Below are positions 60,501 through 64,000 of a stretch of 64,000 bases of DNA, piece by piece. How positions within the stretch are numbered: position 1 is the stretch's first letter; the number at the start of each line of letters is the position of its first letter. The notes beneath the pieces were generated by a model. It saw nothing but the letters and a program-made list of their open reading frames with translations, had not been told where the DNA came from and did no database searches. A program made the position numbers and the translations under genes. The stretch comes from an uncultured bacterium (GTDB lineage Bacteria; UBA8481): contig CAZCME010000012.1 of NCBI GenBank assembly GCA_964499705.1, positions 1-64,000 on the forward strand. Direction: 5' to 3'.

Positions 60501-60753
60501 TCTCCGCGATCAGCTCGACCTGGATCCTGAATTCCTTCGTCTTCTCGGGAAACACGAGACGCGCGAGAAAATTGCCGTGGGGATCCTGCTGCCAGTTGAG
60601 GAAATGCTTCTCCGGCTCGACACGGAACGAATAGGAGACGACGGGCGTGCGGCAATGGGGGGCAGGCCGGAGACGCACGACCTGCGGAGAAAGCGTCACG
60701 AGGCGATCGTAGCGGTAGTGAGTCGTATGCTGGAGAGCAACGCGGATCGGCAT
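57508..60753 (-). CDS. Transglutaminase fused to DUF2126 putative amidoligase
   Basis: GSCRDS, LHAW, LDPT; LTMGGEPTFVS; PDPGVLEVNIHP; TGGGNH; GNTHRAEFCIDKLY; ELRAFEMPPH. Confidence 0.93.
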   Translation of the reverse strand: MPIRVALQHTTHYRYDRLVTLSPQVVRLRPAPHCRTPVVSYSFRVEPEKHFLNWQQDPHGNFLARLVFPEKTKEFRIQVELIAEMTVINPFDFFLEPFAEEYPFPYDAIEQEDLEPYLRTDPAGPHFEKFIASFDRSRKRTVDALVEFNRQVQNEVGYIIRMEPGVQTCEETLGRKSGSCRDSAWLMVQVLRHLGFAARFVSGYLIQLAPDEKPLDGPPGPEKDFTDLHAWVEAYLPGAGWIGLDPTSGLLAGEGHIPLAATPAPATAAAVTGGTSPCQSEFSVEMSVRRIHEDPRVTKPYTEETWSEIQALGDRVDRDLEKHDVRLTMGGEPTFVSIENGDAEEWNFDALGAEKRKLAGELLKKMRARFSPGAALHFGQGKWYPGEPLPRWALGCFWRKDGKPVWNNHDLVDDATTPSRLPDGAAEKYIRALAERLRLPDDCVLPAYEDVFQYLLKERRLPVNVDPRDSKMKDPQERDRLARIFEEGLGKVVGFLVPLLPKTREAGVRWASARWKFRSPHCFLLPGDSPMGYRLPLDSLVWAPPEKKAGIEERDPLEDRAPLADVPPPAEEATAEKDLHFTTALCVQPRDGRLHVFMPPLGKLEEYLALVGAVEETAARLNQPVRMEGYEPPHDPRLDRFTIAPDPGVLEVNIHPSSSWRELVEKTVALYDEARSCRLGTDKFAIDGKHTGTGGGNHVIIGGPTPADSPVLRRPDLLRSLVAYWNNHPSLSYLFSGLFIGPTSQAPRVDEARDDALYELEIAFRQIPDSMEKSPLWIVDRIFRHLLVDVTGNTHRAEFCIDKLYSPDAAGRRLGLVELRAFEMPPHARMSLAQQLLLRALVARFWKTPYQHDLVAWGTALHDRFMLPWFVASDFREVIDDLRDHGYPVRSDWFAPHIEFRFPVLGTRVIDGVELEIRQALEPWHVLGEEPAGGAQTRYVDSSVERLQIHAKGLIPGRHAVACNTRRVPIRATGVAGEGVAGVRYRAWQPPSCLHPTIPVDTPLLFDLVDLRAGRSLGGATYHVSHPGGLSWETFPVNASEAESRRVSRFFRHGHTPGSMTLAEDEPNASFPFTLDLRRKP

Positions 60754-60850
60754 GTCCGGGAGTATAACCCGGGGCGAGCATTCACTCCATCACGGTCGCT
60801 CATATTATTTGAACGTATTCTCAGCGCGCGAGGCGTAATATCATCGCCGC

Positions 60851-62989
60851 GTGGAAGAGACAGATTCGAGGCAGGGAGCAGTTCTTCAGCGCGTTTTCAG
60901 TATCAGTTTTCTCGCGCTCTTTCTCGAACTCATGATCATCCGATGGGTTCCCGCCGTCGTCCGGGTCATCTCATATTTTTCCAACGTGATGCTGATCTCG
61001 TCTTTTCTCGGCCTGGGCGCAGGATGCCTGATATTTCGCCGCGGCGGAAAGGGACTGTTCCGATTCTTCCCCGCCGCGTTGACGGCATTCGTGCTCTGGA
61101 TCGTATTCTGCTCGACGATCTCATTCGGCAGCCCCGCGGAGGAGCTCCGGTATCACGCGAACACGGCCTCGCTGACGAATAACCTCGTCTTGTCCACCAT
61201 ATTCCTGTTCAACGCGGCGATGTTTGTCTGCCTGGGCGAGGGGCTGGCCCTGTCTCTGTCCCGGTCGCGTACATCGCGAGCCTATACAGCGGACCTTCTG
61301 GGAAGCCTCGCCGGAACGGCTCTATTCGGCATTTTTTCCTTCCTCTGGTTTTCGCCCATCGCCGGATTCTCGATCGCGGCGGCACTCTATCTGCTTCTGA
61401 CCAAACGAGGCGAGAGACAGTCGGCCGCTATACTTCTGGTCGCCGCCCTGCTCGTCGTTCATCTGGCATCGGGCCGATCGCCGACGATCTGGTCGCCGTA
61501 TCACCATATCACGATTGATCCGCCGCATGCCGGGCCGAGCATTGCCGCCAGCGGAAGCCCGACGATCTACAGCATTCGAATCAATCATGATTTCTATTTT
61601 TCCTGTGGAACTCTCCAGCCGGATAGTTACATGACCGTGGAAGAAAAGGAAGCGGCGCGCGAATACGGCGTCAAATACGGCGTTCCCCACAGATTCGGCG
61701 CGCCCGCGCGATCCGTCCTGATCCTGGGTTCGGGCGGCGGAATGGATGTGGAAGCCGCGTTACTGGCGGGCGCGGAGCACGTGGACGCGGTCGAAATCGA
61801 TCCCGTCATCCTGGATATCGGTCGGACATTCCACTCGGGTCGACCCTACCAGGATGCGCGAGTCGCACCGCACGTGATGGACGCAAGGGCATTTCTGCGT
61901 CATACCGACCGCATGTATGACAGAATCGTCTTCGGATATCTCGATTCACAAGGGCTCTTTTCCTTCATGTCCAATGTACGGCTCGATGGATATGTCTATA
62001 CCGTCGAAAGTTTTCGGGAGGCGTTCGCGCACGTGGCGCCGGGTGGCGCTCTCGCCGTTTCGTTCGCCGCCGTGCGCCAGGACTGGCTATATCGGCGCCT
62101 GGCGCACATGCTCCAGACCGCGACCGGAAAAACCCCGCGCGCATTCGCGGATATGCGCGGGCCTGGAATCATCCTGCTGGCGTTCAAGGGCGCCGAACCG
62201 GAAATGCCGGACCAGTTTGATTCCTTCCGGCGGATTTCACCGGAGGGAATCGAGAGCATGGAAGTGACGAGCGACGATTGGCCGTTTCTCTACCTGAAGG
62301 AGAAAACCATACCATCGGATTACCGGGTCAGCATGGCGATCCTGCTCGTGCTTTCGATTCTCATCGTGTTGTCCACCCGTGATCGATCGCCGACAAATAC
62401 CGAAACAATATCTTCGGGCGTCCTCCCCGGATCGGAGGTGGCTCATTTTTTTCTTCTTGGATTCGGATTCATGCTGCTCGAAACAAAATGCATCACGGAG
62501 TGGTCGCTTCTCTTCGGAACATCCTGGCTGGTAACCGTGCTCGGGGTAGGAGGCATGCTAATAATGGCACTGGCGGCCAACCTGTCGCTTGGCGCGACCC
62601 GCAAGCTGACTTCTACCGTTCTCTATATTTTCCTGTCCTGCTCCCTGCTTGCCGGGTTGCTTCTTCCTGTTTCCAACTTTCTGGCGGAAGCCGAGGCCAT
62701 CCGATATGCCGCGGCCGTTCTGACGGGACTGCTGCCCGTATTCTTCGCGGGACTCGTATTCTCACGTTCGTTTTCAACATCGAATAATTCCTGCGCCGCG
62801 CTGGGCGCCAATCTCATCGGAGCCACCGCGGGGGGATTCGCCGAATACATGGGAATGATCTGGGGGCTCACCATCCTCGGATTTCTTGTGGCGGCGGCTT
62901 ATACCGGCTCCTGGATCGCGCTTTCGCTCGCCGGAAATATTTCGCAACCACCGGATTCGCGGGAAGCTGCGGACTCAGTCGTCGTGTGA
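60851..62989 (+). CDS. Multi-TM spermidine-synthase-like SAM-dependent transferase
   Basis: N- and C-terminal TM bundles; WSPY; LILGSGGG; VEIDP; DAR; DDWPFLYL. Confidence 0.8.
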   Translation: MEETDSRQGAVLQRVFSISFLALFLELMIIRWVPAVVRVISYFSNVMLISSFLGLGAGCLIFRRGGKGLFRFFPAALTAFVLWIVFCSTISFGSPAEELRYHANTASLTNNLVLSTIFLFNAAMFVCLGEGLALSLSRSRTSRAYTADLLGSLAGTALFGIFSFLWFSPIAGFSIAAALYLLLTKRGERQSAAILLVAALLVVHLASGRSPTIWSPYHHITIDPPHAGPSIAASGSPTIYSIRINHDFYFSCGTLQPDSYMTVEEKEAAREYGVKYGVPHRFGAPARSVLILGSGGGMDVEAALLAGAEHVDAVEIDPVILDIGRTFHSGRPYQDARVAPHVMDARAFLRHTDRMYDRIVFGYLDSQGLFSFMSNVRLDGYVYTVESFREAFAHVAPGGALAVSFAAVRQDWLYRRLAHMLQTATGKTPRAFADMRGPGIILLAFKGAEPEMPDQFDSFRRISPEGIESMEVTSDDWPFLYLKEKTIPSDYRVSMAILLVLSILIVLSTRDRSPTNTETISSGVLPGSEVAHFFLLGFGFMLLETKCITEWSLLFGTSWLVTVLGVGGMLIMALAANLSLGATRKLTSTVLYIFLSCSLLAGLLLPVSNFLAEAEAIRYAAAVLTGLLPVFFAGLVFSRSFSTSNNSCAALGANLIGATAGGFAEYMGMIWGLTILGFLVAAAYTGSWIALSLAGNISQPPDSREAADSVVV

Positions 62990-64000
62990 AGAATCGCGGG
63001 CAGGGCACCGGATCGTGAATGTGCTCCCCTTGCCCGGAATGCTTTCGACCGTGATGGTGCCGTGGTGCGCCTGGACGATGTGCTTCACGATCGCCAATCC
63101 CAGGCCCGTGCCCCCGCCCTTGCGGCTCCGCGCCTTGTCGACGCGATAGAAGCGCTCGAAGAGCCGCGGCAGATGCTCCGCGGGAATGCCGATGCCGCGG
63201 TCGATGACGCGGATGACGGCATCGCCATCCTGGAGGCTCGCCTCCACCCGCACGACACCGCCGGGTTCGCTGTGCTTGACGGCGTTGTCGACGAGGTTGA
63301 CGACCGCCTGCTCGAGAAGGAGCGGATTCATCGGCGTCACGAGATCCTCGCGGATGTCTGTCTCCAGTCGCACCCGGTGATCGGCCGCGCGGGGCTCGCA
63401 GATCTGGATGACGGACGCGATCAGCGGGCGGACATCGCCGGGCTCGAGCGGAAATTCTCCGCGATCGACATCCTGCTCGATTCTCGACAGGGAGAGCAGA
63501 TCCTCGATGATCGCGTTCAGCCGGTCGGCCTGCTTCAGCGTGATGTCGAGAAACCTCATGGAATTCTCGGGATCGTGGATCGCGCCATCGCGGAGCGTTT
63601 CGAGATAACCCTTGATGGACGTGATGGGCGTCTTCAATTCATGGGAGACATTCGCGACAAAGTCGCGCCGCATCGTCTCCAGGCGGCTTACGCGCGTCTC
63701 GTCGTGCAGGATGATGATGACACCGCGAATCGCGCCGTCACCTTCCCGCAACGCGGTTCCCCGGGCAAGAAGCTGCCGGCCTTTCTCCTCGATCATGCGC
63801 CCGCCGCCGGGAATCGCGGCGCCGGGTTGAAGCATATGCGAAACAAATTCCTGCAGGCGCGCATTGCGCACAACTTCCTGGAGAAATCTTCCGCGCGAAG
63901 CGGATGCATCCACGCCGAGGCAGAGCGCCGCCGCTTCATTCATTCTCACGACGCGCTCATCGACCGACAGAATCATGACCCCTTCGCTCATGACGGACAG
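62975..64000 (-). CDS. PhoR-like sensor histidine kinase (PAS-HisKA-HATPase), 5' part outside the window
   Basis: RRDFVANVSHELKTP; NLVDNA; LFERFYRVDKARSR..GGTGLGL. Confidence 0.9.
   Translation of the reverse strand: MSVMSEGVMILSVDERVVRMNEAAALCLGVDASASRGRFLQEVVRNARLQEFVSHMLQPGAAIPGGGRMIEEKGRQLLARGTALREGDGAIRGVIIILHDETRVSRLETMRRDFVANVSHELKTPITSIKGYLETLRDGAIHDPENSMRFLDITLKQADRLNAIIEDLLSLSRIEQDVDRGEFPLEPGDVRPLIASVIQICEPRAADHRVRLETDIREDLVTPMNPLLLEQAVVNLVDNAVKHSEPGGVVRVEASLQDGDAVIRVIDRGIGIPAEHLPRLFERFYRVDKARSRKGGGTGLGLAIVKHIVQAHHGTITVESIPGKGSTFTIRCPARDSSHDD

Noticed and set aside
61048-61065. AAAGGGACTGTTCC resembling the GGGGACA element ends
   Set aside because: No partner inverted repeat; ordinary coding sequence.

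Overview
GC-rich bacterial chromosomal window, gene-dense. I saw no rRNA, tRNA, CRISPR array, integrase or transposase. Left to right: (1) ArsR/SRPBCC/DoxX/DUF1801 operon; (2) a Wsp/Frz-like chemosensory cluster (cheW-cheR-cheW-MCP-cheA-cheB) followed by a hybrid kinase, a stand-alone HisKA-like mini-protein and a REC-REC-TM protein; (3) PadR, membrane and HEAT genes, a 4x lamin-tail-domain secreted protein with a lipoprotein, a short chlorite dismutase, an AsmA-like gene and ppiC; (4) a type I restriction-modification locus with accessory genes; (5) a TonB receptor-YfiR-kinase-regulator module; (6) sigma54-type nitrate ABC/porin and NarK genes split by alpha-2-macroglobulin/pbpC; (7) an atypical P1B ATPase, Fe-ADH and LsrG-like genes; (8) a transglutaminase/ATP-grasp/alpha-E cluster; (9) a spermidine-synthase-like membrane methyltransferase and a partial PhoR-like kinase. 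The best candidate for an undescribed system is the RM locus (21846-31051). It has a DUF3800 RNase H-like gene followed by a convergent small structured RNA with its own promoter, a second divergent structured RNA in front of hsdS, an apparently autoregulated ATPase, and an HsdR fused to a Schlafen/AlbA_2 domain with intact catalytic-type motifs. A GGGGACA...TGTCCCC palindromic element occurs twice, once in frame inside cheR. All family calls come from motif recognition by eye, not database searches.
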